Shown: in pieces, positions 1 through 8,872 of the stretch
Position numbering within the stretch: the stretch's first letter is position 1
How the letters are laid out: every line of letters starts with the position of its first letter
Source of the DNA: an uncultured bacterium
Lineage (GTDB): Bacteria; Eisenbacteria; RBG-16-71-46; CAIMUX01; WJJG01
NCBI GenBank assembly: GCA_964417675.1
Contig: CAYQJL010000018.1
Location: 16,760 to 80,759 of the forward strand
DNA: 64,000 bases
Direction: 5' to 3'
Translations under genes and position numbers: made by a program
Notes under the pieces: generated by a model
Seen by the model: the letters and a program-made list of their open reading frames with translations, nothing else
Told to the model about the DNA's origin: nothing
Databases searched by the model: none

Positions 1-184
1 CCCAGGGAAAGAACTCCTCGGGTGAGGCGAAGTAGACCTCGGGAGAGTGGTCCTCTTCGAGGTGCCCGTCCTCGCGCCGGATGGAGTAGAGCGCTTCGCC
101 CCGCTCGTGATAGGCGCGGCAGATCTCACCCCACAGATCCTCCTGCAGGGGCAGGTGCTCCGAAGCGAAGGGAGTGGCGTTCAT
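1..184 (-). CDS. hypothetical protein, N-terminal fragment (gene runs off window start)
   Basis: Reverse strand ATG at 182-184 opens an uninterrupted frame to position 1 (MNATPFASEHLPLQEDLWGEICRAYHERGEALYSIRRE...). It lies 13 bp downstream of the stop of the preceding minus-strand gene, so is probably co-operonic. Confidence 0.4.
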   Translation of the reverse strand, partial: MNATPFASEHLPLQEDLWGEICRAYHERGEALYSIRREDGHLEEDHSPEVYFASPEEFFPW

Positions 185-197
185 CGCCGGTCGCCGT

Positions 198-923
198 TCA
201 CAGTGTGCTCACAGCCGGGCGCCGGCCAAGGAAGTAGTCCACCAACCGGTCCAGATGGATGCGCAGCTCCGCGCTCCCGCGCCCCGGCGAAGCGGAGCCG
301 AGAGGATCCGCTTCCCCAGCGGGACCGGCCGCGCCATCGCCGGGCGAGGCCGGACGGGAGCCGCCCGCACTGAACGTCTCGCCCACATGCGGGAGCAGAT
401 AGAGAACCCCGCCGCCGGACAGTCCGGTCACCTGCACGGGAAGGTTGCCATACTGGTACACCAGGCAGGCGGCGGCCGCATCATTCACGGCCTCCCCCGG
501 CCGCAGGGCGAACCCACGGCCGGCCAGCAGGCCGAGCGCTTCCGAGTAGGCGATGCGGGGATGCGGGGAGCGGATCATCCGATCCAGACGCGTGACGTTG
601 CTCCCGCCGATGAGCCCGGCGTCGAGCGCAAAGGCCGTGGTCTTGAGCGCCCGCTCGATCTGGCCGCAGATGGCCTCGGGATCAGTGGCCGCCACCAAGA
701 CACGGTAGAGCGTCTTGCGTCCACTCTGCCCGCCTTCCGCCAAGCGGCCCGGGCACCCCGGCGCATCGAGCATGGCCCGCAGCAGGCCAAAGACGCGCGC
801 CCGTACCGGCTCGCGCTCGGCGGACGCCGGCAATGGGCACAAAGACACCCCTGGCCGCCCGCGGCGACTGGGGGTTCGCAGAGAGGGTGTGGATCCGATC
901 ATCTGTGCTCCTTCCGGGCTCAC
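198..923 (-). CDS. hypothetical protein (weak P-loop-like GGQSGRKT segment; HPr-kinase-like fold not established)
   Basis: 241-aa ORF with a collinear downstream gene on the same strand. No convincing family match by eye. The start may be an internal Met. Confidence 0.45.
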   Translation of the reverse strand: MSPEGAQMIGSTPSLRTPSRRGRPGVSLCPLPASAEREPVRARVFGLLRAMLDAPGCPGRLAEGGQSGRKTLYRVLVAATDPEAICGQIERALKTTAFALDAGLIGGSNVTRLDRMIRSPHPRIAYSEALGLLAGRGFALRPGEAVNDAAAACLVYQYGNLPVQVTGLSGGGVLYLLPHVGETFSAGGSRPASPGDGAAGPAGEADPLGSASPGRGSAELRIHLDRLVDYFLGRRPAVSTL

Positions 924-1149
924 GGGCCACGGTTAAAGGACCTGCGATTTTCTACTCCCTGACCCGGACCCGGGTCAAGGGCTTTCTACCGCCCGGCCGG
1001 GGCCGAGCCAAGACCGCGCCTGAACGAAGACTCCGGGCCGGGACGCGAAGCCGCAGGTAGACGGCGAAACCGGGCCCGCCCCATCGCCGGACCAACCCTT
1101 GACACCCGCATGGTGGAAGCGTAGCGTGTGGATCAGACGAACTCTTCCG

Positions 1150-1325
1150 GTTCCGGCCCTCAGGGGCTGGTGAAAAGGGAAAACGGTCCAATGCCGTTGC
1201 GGGCCCGCCGCTGTAGTCGGGGACAGGGATCGCATTCATAGCCACTGCCGGTGTTTCGCCGGTGGGAAGGCGCGATCAACTGGATGATCCGAGAGCCAGA
1301 AGACCTGCCGGAAGTTGATGGAGTG
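1150..1325 (+). promoter_or_regulatory. cobalamin (AdoCbl) riboswitch in the 5' leader of the TonB-dependent receptor
   Basis: Conserved riboswitch elements are present: GGTGAAAAGGGAA, CCCGCCGCTGTAG, GCCACTGCC...GGTGGGAAGGC, and a B12 box AGAAGACCTGCCGG. Order and spacing match the E. coli btuB leader and the RF00174 consensus. Confidence 0.75.
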
Positions 1326-1442
1326 TCCTGTCAGGCTCTAGGTCGGCCGGCCCCATGCCCTTCGACCTCAGCCATGGGCCGAAGGGTGTTGTAGGAACCC
1401 CCTCCCGGTGCCTGCCCGGACCAGGCTTGCGCATTCAGGGTA

Positions 1443-3890
1443 GTGTGCAGCCACACCTTCCTCTCCGCGAGGCTGGAGATGGTTGGATCACTCTTCTGGA
1501 TCGCCGGTCTACTCCTGGCGTCGGCAACGCCGGGAGTCCCTCCCTCGGACAGCACTTCCTGCGCGACGGCAGGTGAGCGCCCGGCGGTCTCCTGCGCACC
1601 GGTCGACACGACCTCCTCGACACCGGTCGACACGACCTCCTCGGCACCGGTCGGCACGACCTCCTCGGCACCGGTCGACACGACCTCCTCGACACCGGTA
1701 GGCACGACCTCCTCGACACCGGTAGGCACGCCCGCACCGGTACCGGTCGGCACGGCCTCCTCGGCACCGGTCGGCACGCCCGCGCCGGTACCGGTCGAAG
1801 TCCCCGTCCTCGTGCGCGCACAGCTCGACACCACCATCGTCACCGGCCGGCGCCCCAAGCCCGCGGCCCGGCTCCACCGCGAAAGCAGCTTCGCGAGTCG
1901 GATCGAGCTGCCGGCGGATCGAGCGGCCGGCGAAACGATCGCCGATGTCATCGAGCGCACGGTGGGTGTCATGGTGCAACGCTATGGGGGACCGGGCGCC
2001 ATGGCGACGGTGTCGATTCGGGGAGCCGACCCGGGGGATGTGGAGGTGTACCTGGATCGCGTCCCGTTGCGCACTGCCGCGCGCGGCATGGTCGATCTGA
2101 GCAGCCTGGACATGGCATCCCTCGCGGCCCTGGAGATCTACCGCAGCGCCCCCCCGGATGGGATGGGGGGCGAATTCGCGGGGTCCGCTCTTCGTTTGAT
2201 CACCCGTCAGGGGGGGCCGGCCAGCCTGGCCTGGCGCAGCGACGGGGGATCCCTGGACACCTGGCGCCACGAGGCCGTTCTGGGGGGTTCCTACCGCCAA
2301 GGCCGCTTTCTGTTGACCGGATCCCGCTTCTCCACCCGCGGCAACTTCACCTACCACGACGACAACGGAACCCCCGCCAATCCGGACGACGACCGCTGGA
2401 AGGAGTGGGCCAATGGGGATGTCCTGCGCGAGAGCCTGCTCGCGCGCTGGACGCAGGCAGCCGGCCGGCTGGGAACGGTGGACTTCGCCTCGCAGTTCTG
2501 GAGGGCCGACCAGGGTTTGCCGGGCAGTGACCGCCAACCTACCGCTCGCAGCCGCCTGCGCAGCCGTGGCGGACTGCACCGCATCGAGACCGAGACCCAC
2601 CGGCGCCTGCTCCCCGTGCGGTTGACGCTGCAGGCCTTCCTCCATCAGGAGGAGCTTCACTACCGCGATCCCGAACGTGAGCTGGCCGTCCCGGGCGCCT
2701 CCGCCACGCGGGCGGATCAGGATCTGGACCGCTGGGGGTACGGCCTGCACCTGCACAAGACGCTGCGCGGCGCCCATCACCGCCCCTGGGGATACCACGC
2801 CCTGGAACTGACCGCGAACCGCCGGCACGAGCGGCTGCGCAATGCACCCTTGCCGGGACGGTCCGAGGAGGACACGCGCGAACGCGCCTCCACGGCATTC
2901 TCCGCCGGCGATCGCATCGAGTGGGCCGCGGGGCGCTTCCACGCGGACATCTTCTACCGCTGGAATCACACATGCGACAACTACACGGGCGCCAATCCCT
3001 ACCAGCCGTTCGCATCCCAGCCCGAAAGGACGACCCGCGTTCACGGCGCCCATCTCGGGTTGCGCGCCAGTGCGGGCGGCGGCCACACGTTCAGAGCAAA
3101 CTACGCCGACCAGGCGCGCTTCCCCACCTTCGTGGAGCTGTTCGGTTACGCGGGCACCATCCGCAGCAACCCGCAGCTGCGACCCGAGACCGGCTGGCGG
3201 GCCGACACCGGCTGGCAATGGGACTGGCCGGTGAGACCGTGGGGCATGCGCCTGCGAACCGAGGCGGCCGGCTATGTCAGCCGACGCGAGGAGATGATCG
3301 TCCTGATCCGGATCTCCGAGCGTGAGACCAAACCGGTCAACCTCGACCGCGCCAGCCTGCGGGGGCTCGAGCTGTCCTGGCAGTGCGCCACATTGCCGGG
3401 GTTGCGTGGCAAGGCCCCACTCGCGTCGATCGAGCGTGCGATCGGTGAGCTGTTCGGAGCCGCCGCGGCCCGCAGCCCTGTCGCCCAGAGGACCGGGGAA
3501 GAGCGGTCGGCCACCCTGTTCGGCCATCTGCACTGGCAACAGACGCGCGACGAGGGCGCCGCCAGGCTCTATCAGGGCAAGGCATTGACCTACCACCCGC
3601 CGTGGCAGCTTCTGCTGGGACTGACATGGCCGCAGGGACACTGGGACGTGCGCTACATCGCGCAGTTCCGCGACGAAGCCTACTGGTCACGATCCAATCT
3701 GCCCGAGTACCGGACTGGCGCGACCTGGCTGCACGAGCTGCAACTCGCCTGGCGGCCCGCGCCCCAGGGTGGGCTGTCGATCCGTATCGAGAACCTGTTT
3801 GGCACCCGCAGCCAGGATGTGCGCGGCTATCCGCTGCCGGGACGGACCTGGTTCGCCGGCATCGAAATCGACCCACTGCGCACTCAGTGA
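1443..3890 (+). CDS. btuB: TonB-dependent outer-membrane receptor, BtuB-like (cobalamin/corrinoid uptake inferred from the riboswitch)
   Basis: Signal peptide (MVGSLFWIAGLLLASA; likely true start near 1479). Plug-domain motifs ETIADVIERTVGV...VSIRGADPGDVEVYLDRVPL. Long beta-barrel region and a C-terminal aromatic end. Confidence 0.88.
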   Translation: MCSHTFLSARLEMVGSLFWIAGLLLASATPGVPPSDSTSCATAGERPAVSCAPVDTTSSTPVDTTSSAPVGTTSSAPVDTTSSTPVGTTSSTPVGTPAPVPVGTASSAPVGTPAPVPVEVPVLVRAQLDTTIVTGRRPKPAARLHRESSFASRIELPADRAAGETIADVIERTVGVMVQRYGGPGAMATVSIRGADPGDVEVYLDRVPLRTAARGMVDLSSLDMASLAALEIYRSAPPDGMGGEFAGSALRLITRQGGPASLAWRSDGGSLDTWRHEAVLGGSYRQGRFLLTGSRFSTRGNFTYHDDNGTPANPDDDRWKEWANGDVLRESLLARWTQAAGRLGTVDFASQFWRADQGLPGSDRQPTARSRLRSRGGLHRIETETHRRLLPVRLTLQAFLHQEELHYRDPERELAVPGASATRADQDLDRWGYGLHLHKTLRGAHHRPWGYHALELTANRRHERLRNAPLPGRSEEDTRERASTAFSAGDRIEWAAGRFHADIFYRWNHTCDNYTGANPYQPFASQPERTTRVHGAHLGLRASAGGGHTFRANYADQARFPTFVELFGYAGTIRSNPQLRPETGWRADTGWQWDWPVRPWGMRLRTEAAGYVSRREEMIVLIRISERETKPVNLDRASLRGLELSWQCATLPGLRGKAPLASIERAIGELFGAAAARSPVAQRTGEERSATLFGHLHWQQTRDEGAARLYQGKALTYHPPWQLLLGLTWPQGHWDVRYIAQFRDEAYWSRSNLPEYRTGATWLHELQLAWRPAPQGGLSIRIENLFGTRSQDVRGYPLPGRTWFAGIEIDPLRTQ
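1603..1795 (+). repeat. in-frame 24-bp tandem repeat (about 8 copies) encoding P-V-D/G-T-T-S-S-T/A linker in the receptor N-terminus
   Basis: Direct repeats ccggtcgacacgacctcctcgaca with single-base variants. Translates to PVDTTSST/PVGTTSSA units between the signal peptide and the plug. Confidence 0.9.
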
Positions 3891-3933
3891 TCCTGTGGAT
3901 GGGTCCCGAAGCGCCCAAGAAGGAGACCGAGTC

Positions 3934-5430
3934 ATGCCCCGCCACACCCTGAGTCCCACGGCCCGTGAACTCCGCCGGACCGGCCGAATCGCTCTGCTCT
4001 TGATCCTCTGTCTGACTCTGCTACAGGCGGGTTCGGGCCAGGAGGCCTGGGCCGGCGAGCGCCCGCGCGATGAGGACTATGGGGATGTCCTGTTCATCCT
4101 CACCAATGACTACGAGTTCGCCGCCGGCAGCTTCTCGACCGTCGAGATGGGTCCGCCCTGGGTGCACGAAGACAACATCGCCCCGGTCTGCGCCGACGCA
4201 CTCGCCCGGGAGTACGGCGGACTGGTCTATGTCGTGGGCCGCGCGGGGTGCGACCACATCCACGTTCTGGATCCGGAGGACGGATTCGCCACCCTGCTCC
4301 AGTTCTCGACCGGCAGCGGATCGAATCCCCAGGACATCTGCTTCGTCTCACCGACCCGCGCCTTCGTGACCCGCTATGATCGCACCGAGCTGTGGGAGGT
4401 CGATCCCTCGACCGGCCAGCAGACCGATGCGATCGATCTGGCGCCCCTGGCGGATGCGGACGGCCTGCCCGAGATGATGGGCATGGCCATCTCCGGCGAC
4501 CGGCTCTATGTGGCGCTGCAGCGGCTGGATCGCGATTTCTACTGGATCCCGGTGGCTCCCTCCTACCTCGCCGTCATCGACCTGCACACCAACGAGCTCC
4601 TCGACATGGATCCGAATCAGACCGGCGTGCAGGGCATCCCTCTGGCGGCAACCAATCCTTCCATGCTCCTGGTAACCGATCCACTGAGCGGACACATCCT
4701 GATCGGTGAGACCGGAAGCTACGGCGTGCTCGACGGCGGCATCGAACGTTTCGATCCGAGCTGTGAGCAGAGTCTGGGCTTCGTCGTCACCGAGGAGGAC
4801 CTCGGTGGAGAACTGAACATGTGGATGAGCGCCGACATGCAGCTGGGGCTGGCAATCACCCTCTCGAGCAGCTGGTCCACCGAGGTGGTGGCCTTTGATA
4901 TGGAAAGCGGATCGCTCCTGGGGGTCGTCGCCAGCAGCAGCGAGTATGCCTATACCCATCTCGCGGTCGATCCATCCTACCGAGAGATCTATGTCGCCGA
5001 TGCGAGCTATGTGGAGCCCGGGCTCCGCGTCTTCGACATGGTCACCTTCGACCCCCTCACGGAACGGATCCCGGTAGGGCTCTATCCCCGCTGGCTGCTG
5101 CCGCTGCACGGGCCCTCGTCGGGAGTGACACCCGTGGAACCGGACTCCCGGGATCCTGCCGTGGGGCTCAACGTCTGGCCCCAGCCGGCCGCGGGCGGGA
5201 TTCGGTTGGCCATCGACCACCGCGGCGACGGAGCGCTGTCGGTCCAGATCCTGGACATATCCGGTCGGGAGATCTTCCGGTTCCCGGAAGCGATCGGGGC
5301 GGCCGGGCAGTTTCAGCTCGCGTGGGACGGCCGGATCACAGACGGCGGGCGGGCGGCGGCGGGAGTCTATCTGCTGCGCATCGCCGGTGAGGATGGCTCC
5401 TTGAGCAGACGCATCCAGTTCATGCGCTGA
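3934..5430 (+). CDS. secreted beta-propeller-like protein with T9SS/FlgD-Ig-like C-terminal sorting domain; putative surface corrinoid-capture partner (BtuG-like role)
   Basis: GGAG RBS; signal peptide RIALLLILCLTLLQAGSG. Repeated sheet-like segments. C-terminus AAAGVYLLRIAGEDGSLSRRIQFMR resembles a T9SS CTD. Immediately downstream of the btuB-like gene. Confidence 0.65.
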   Translation: MPRHTLSPTARELRRTGRIALLLILCLTLLQAGSGQEAWAGERPRDEDYGDVLFILTNDYEFAAGSFSTVEMGPPWVHEDNIAPVCADALAREYGGLVYVVGRAGCDHIHVLDPEDGFATLLQFSTGSGSNPQDICFVSPTRAFVTRYDRTELWEVDPSTGQQTDAIDLAPLADADGLPEMMGMAISGDRLYVALQRLDRDFYWIPVAPSYLAVIDLHTNELLDMDPNQTGVQGIPLAATNPSMLLVTDPLSGHILIGETGSYGVLDGGIERFDPSCEQSLGFVVTEEDLGGELNMWMSADMQLGLAITLSSSWSTEVVAFDMESGSLLGVVASSSEYAYTHLAVDPSYREIYVADASYVEPGLRVFDMVTFDPLTERIPVGLYPRWLLPLHGPSSGVTPVEPDSRDPAVGLNVWPQPAAGGIRLAIDHRGDGALSVQILDISGREIFRFPEAIGAAGQFQLAWDGRITDGGRAAAGVYLLRIAGEDGSLSRRIQFMR

Positions 5431-5732
5431 TCGACCCCGCGGGCGGGCCTCTTTCGACCATCGCCACCCGCGGCCCCTGTCCGCCAGCGCCTGGTACGGG
5501 ACTCCCCAGGGTGTGGGATCGTGCCGGCCGCCGAACGGATCTTGACACGGCCGCCTCATGTACTACGGTGACCGGGGAGCGTCCCATCCGGTCCCGGAGG
5601 GCTATCTTCTTCAATAGCCTAAAGAAAGCCAGGCTGGTAGCGGATGAATTAGGGCGTAGGAGTGCAGAGGCTGACCCAGCATCCCGAGTACCGCGAATCT
5701 TGACCCGGAACCGATTGAGCATCGGAGCAGTC

Positions 5733-7505
5733 ATGCAGCTTGGCCGAACGCACAGGGCCCCCATGCGGTTTCCGATCCACTTCACCGCGCCGGATCGGTC
5801 CAAGACCTACATCGGGGAGACGATGGACGTCTCGTCCAACGGGTTTTCCGTCCAGGTGAAGACGGACGATCCGTTGCCGACGATCATTCTGGCCGGCATC
5901 CTGCCCAGCGAGATCGCGGGGGATGCCATTCTGTGCAAGGCCCGCGTCGTGTGGCAGGGCGGACTGGCCGGAGGCACCAAGCGGGCCAGCTACAAGATCA
6001 CCTCGATCGCACGCCAGAGCCAGGATCGGCTCGATGCGCTGATCGCCGACTCGCTGGATCAGATGCTCAGCGAGCTGAAGGACCTGCCGCTGCTGCACAA
6101 CGCGGATCCGGTTCATCTCGAGATGCTCTTGCAACTCGCGCGGCTGCGGGAGATCACGGCCGAGGGCTCGTTGTACGAAGCCAGCTCGCTGCAGGGAACC
6201 GGGTTGTTCATCCTGCTCAGCGGGCAGGTCTCGAACCCGAACGACGCGCAGGGCACACTCTATGGACCCGGCAGCGTGATCGGGCAGTGGGCCGACCCGG
6301 CATCCAGTGCGGTCCCGGGCCAGGCCACCGCCCGCTGCGCGGTCCGGGCCCTGCATCTGCCCCATGCCTTGACCCAGGAGCTTCAGCAGAACACCCCGGC
6401 CCTGGCCATGGATCTGCAGCGCGCGCTCGGCAAACCGGGAGAGCCGCTCCCCGAGCAGGGAGACGGCCGGCGGCGGCGCATGCGGCTCAACGTCATCAAA
6501 GATCTGCAGGAGATTCCCACCCTTCCGGCGATCTTCAATTCGGTCATGGATTGCATCGAGAACCCGGAGGCGACACCCCGGGAGCTCTCGCAGATCATTC
6601 GCCAGGATCAAGCGTTGACCGCCAAAATCCTGCGGACGGTCAATTCCGCCCTCTATGGGTTCGCGCGCAAGATCAACTCCGTGCATGAGGCGGTCGTCCT
6701 GCTGGGCATGGGACAGACCGCCAACCTGGCCATCACGGCCATGCTGCTCAACACGCTGGTCGATACCCGCAACCCCAAGCAACGACCGGAGGCCTTCTGG
6801 GAACACTCGCTGGGATGCGCCTACTTCGCGACGGTGATCGGCGAGCGGCTGCGAGCCAAACCACCGAGCGAGCAGGCCTGGGCCGTCGCCACCTCCCACC
6901 GCCGCGCCGGCCGGGATGGGGCGGCCGCGGATCAGACCCCACCCGCGCTGCGCACCCTGAATGCCCTGGGCAGCACGGAGGAATGGGATCGGGACCAGTC
7001 GATTCCCCTGGAGCGGCTTTTCACCTTCGCGATCCTGCACGACATCGGCCTGGCCATTCTCTACCTGAAGTTTCCCGATCACTACGCCATGGTTCAGGAT
7101 GCCATCAAGGAGTTCGGCACGCTCTACCGCTCCGAGCTCGAGATGCTCGACGTCGATCACTGCCAGCTGGGCTATCGCATCGCCCAGGCCTGGCGGCTGC
7201 CGGAACCCATTCCGACCATCATCGCCGAGCATCATCTTCCGCAGTTGTGGTGCGCGGAGGAAGAGGATCAGGCGCGGGTTCTCGCTCTCCTGCGGGAGGA
7301 CCCGGTCGTGACGCTCATCTCGCTGGCCGACATCATGGCCCGACGCAGCATGATCGGCGTGGTCATGGACCGGACGCCTCCCTCGATCTCGCCGTTGCTG
7401 CTCGATGCCCTGGGGCTGACCGCAGAGGAAGCCCAGGATATCCTGGAGCAAGGACCGGCCATCAAGGACAAGTCCGAAGCGCTTTTTCGGGGCATGACCG
7501 CCTGA
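5733..7505 (+). CDS. PilZ - cyclic-nucleotide-binding-like - HDOD three-domain signalling protein
   Basis: PilZ motifs RAPMRF...DVSSNGFSV. Central cNMP-binding-like beta-roll (LPLLHNADPVHLEMLL...GTGLFILLSGQV). C-terminal HDOD (LQEIPTLPAIFNSVMDCIENP...ALYGFARKINSVHEAVVLLG). Confidence 0.8.
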   Translation: MQLGRTHRAPMRFPIHFTAPDRSKTYIGETMDVSSNGFSVQVKTDDPLPTIILAGILPSEIAGDAILCKARVVWQGGLAGGTKRASYKITSIARQSQDRLDALIADSLDQMLSELKDLPLLHNADPVHLEMLLQLARLREITAEGSLYEASSLQGTGLFILLSGQVSNPNDAQGTLYGPGSVIGQWADPASSAVPGQATARCAVRALHLPHALTQELQQNTPALAMDLQRALGKPGEPLPEQGDGRRRRMRLNVIKDLQEIPTLPAIFNSVMDCIENPEATPRELSQIIRQDQALTAKILRTVNSALYGFARKINSVHEAVVLLGMGQTANLAITAMLLNTLVDTRNPKQRPEAFWEHSLGCAYFATVIGERLRAKPPSEQAWAVATSHRRAGRDGAAADQTPPALRTLNALGSTEEWDRDQSIPLERLFTFAILHDIGLAILYLKFPDHYAMVQDAIKEFGTLYRSELEMLDVDHCQLGYRIAQAWRLPEPIPTIIAEHHLPQLWCAEEEDQARVLALLREDPVVTLISLADIMARRSMIGVVMDRTPPSISPLLLDALGLTAEEAQDILEQGPAIKDKSEALFRGMTA

Positions 7506-7668
7506 TCTAGGCGGTCACGTTCCTCGAGCTCCCGTGACCCGCCGCGAGTTGCTGTCAGGAGTTCTGTCTGAGCATCCTGGCGCCACAAGCCTCACGCTCC
7601 TCTTCCGGCCGTGGAATGAGTCTGGCTATACCTCTCAACGGATCACCACACACAGCGGGAGGAGCCCC

Positions 7669-8856
7669 ATGCCAGCCACAACATTCCCATCCGTGGCACT
7701 GGCCCATACCGGTGCCATCGGCCGCGGAGTCTCGATCGCCCTTGTCGCCGCGGCATGCTGCGCGGCGACCGGCTGTGAGCGGGAGTCACCCGCACCGCTG
7801 GTCCCGGGCGACCACTCGCCGCCGTCGGTTTCGATCGTCTCGCCCGCGCAGGGCGCCTGGCTGGCGGATACGCTGCATGTCCATGCGGAGGCCTCCGACG
7901 ATACCGGCCTTGCCCGGATCACGTTGCTGCTGGACGATCATCCCCGGCTCGTCCTGTATGCGCCGCCCTGGCATTTCCAGTACCCCTGTTCGGCGGTCGC
8001 CGACAGTCAGGCCCATAGGCTGCTCCTGGAAGCGGCCGACCGGGCCGGCAATCTGGCCACCAGTCCGCCGAGAGAGGTGTTCCTGAGCCCCAATCGATCA
8101 CCGGTCGTCACCCTCGAGTATCCCCATGACCAGAGGTGGATCGCCCGCGGCAGCCCCGCCGAATCGCTGTCCTGGTCGGCCACGGCCGCCGACCCCGATG
8201 AAGGCCTGCTGGCGGCCGATCGCATCACCTGGTGGGTGGATGGGCAGCGGCTGGCAGAGATGGGCGCGCAGATCCCCGCGCCCATACTGGATCTCGGAGA
8301 GCATCGCGTCCGCGTGGTGGCGCGTGACCGATGGAACAGAGCGGGGGCACAGGAGCGCACCATCACATGCTTCGAATACCCGCCGGCGAACACCCCCGAA
8401 GAGGCCTGGGCCGGCCTGGTGTACGCTCTGCGGGCACGCGATGCAGAGCGTCTGTGGGACCTGAGCGCGCCGGAGCTGCGATTCCTCAGCTCCGGCGGGA
8501 CGCCCGGGAACCCGGCCGGCGCGCTGCGCTGGGATCGCGCGCAGTGGGTCGAGCGCCTGACCGCCTTTCTCCAGGATCCCCTCCTTGCGACGTGGACGGT
8601 GGAGAGCCCGTCGCCGGCCGTGGAGCGCTTCTTCATTCAGGACACGCCCTGGGCGAAGATCGAACTGCGTTGGTTCCACGTGTGCGCCGACTGGGCGGGC
8701 ATGCCCGGGCACGGACCCACCCTGACCGCCGCGCGGCTGTTCTGGCGCTACCGGGCCGCGGACGGCTCCTGGGTGCTGACTGCCTGGTGGGACCTGCATG
8801 AATCCCTGTGGGCCGGCGGCCGGGGCCCCAGCCTGACCGCCTTGTGGAGCCGCTAG
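7669..8856 (+). CDS. lipoprotein with tandem Ig-like domains, unknown function
   Basis: GGGAGGAG RBS. Lipobox AATGC after the signal peptide. Two Ig-like segments and a C-terminal alpha+beta domain. Confidence 0.6.
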   Translation: MPATTFPSVALAHTGAIGRGVSIALVAAACCAATGCERESPAPLVPGDHSPPSVSIVSPAQGAWLADTLHVHAEASDDTGLARITLLLDDHPRLVLYAPPWHFQYPCSAVADSQAHRLLLEAADRAGNLATSPPREVFLSPNRSPVVTLEYPHDQRWIARGSPAESLSWSATAADPDEGLLAADRITWWVDGQRLAEMGAQIPAPILDLGEHRVRVVARDRWNRAGAQERTITCFEYPPANTPEEAWAGLVYALRARDAERLWDLSAPELRFLSSGGTPGNPAGALRWDRAQWVERLTAFLQDPLLATWTVESPSPAVERFFIQDTPWAKIELRWFHVCADWAGMPGHGPTLTAARLFWRYRAADGSWVLTAWWDLHESLWAGGRGPSLTALWSR

Positions 8857-8872
8857 AGGCGGGAGGGCCGAC

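Noticed and set aside
198-923. HPr-kinase-like / lasso-peptide kinase with PqqD-like partner at 1-184
   Set aside because: Only a weak GGQSGRKT P-loop-like stretch. The downstream fragment does not resemble PqqD. No precursor peptide, cyclase or protease genes are visible, so a RiPP cluster call is not supportable.
1509-3641. 710-aa ORF on the minus strand opposite the TonB receptor gene
   Set aside because: Fully embedded antisense to a gene with clear family motifs. High GC produces long stop-free antisense frames. Translation is low-complexity and Arg/Gly/Pro-rich. The same applies to 4348-5559, 5649-7451, 9605-10858, 13633-14649, 24429-25427, 30460-31710, 36126-37982, 41068-43347, 47016-47975, 53358-55304, 55400-56755 and 58456-60546.
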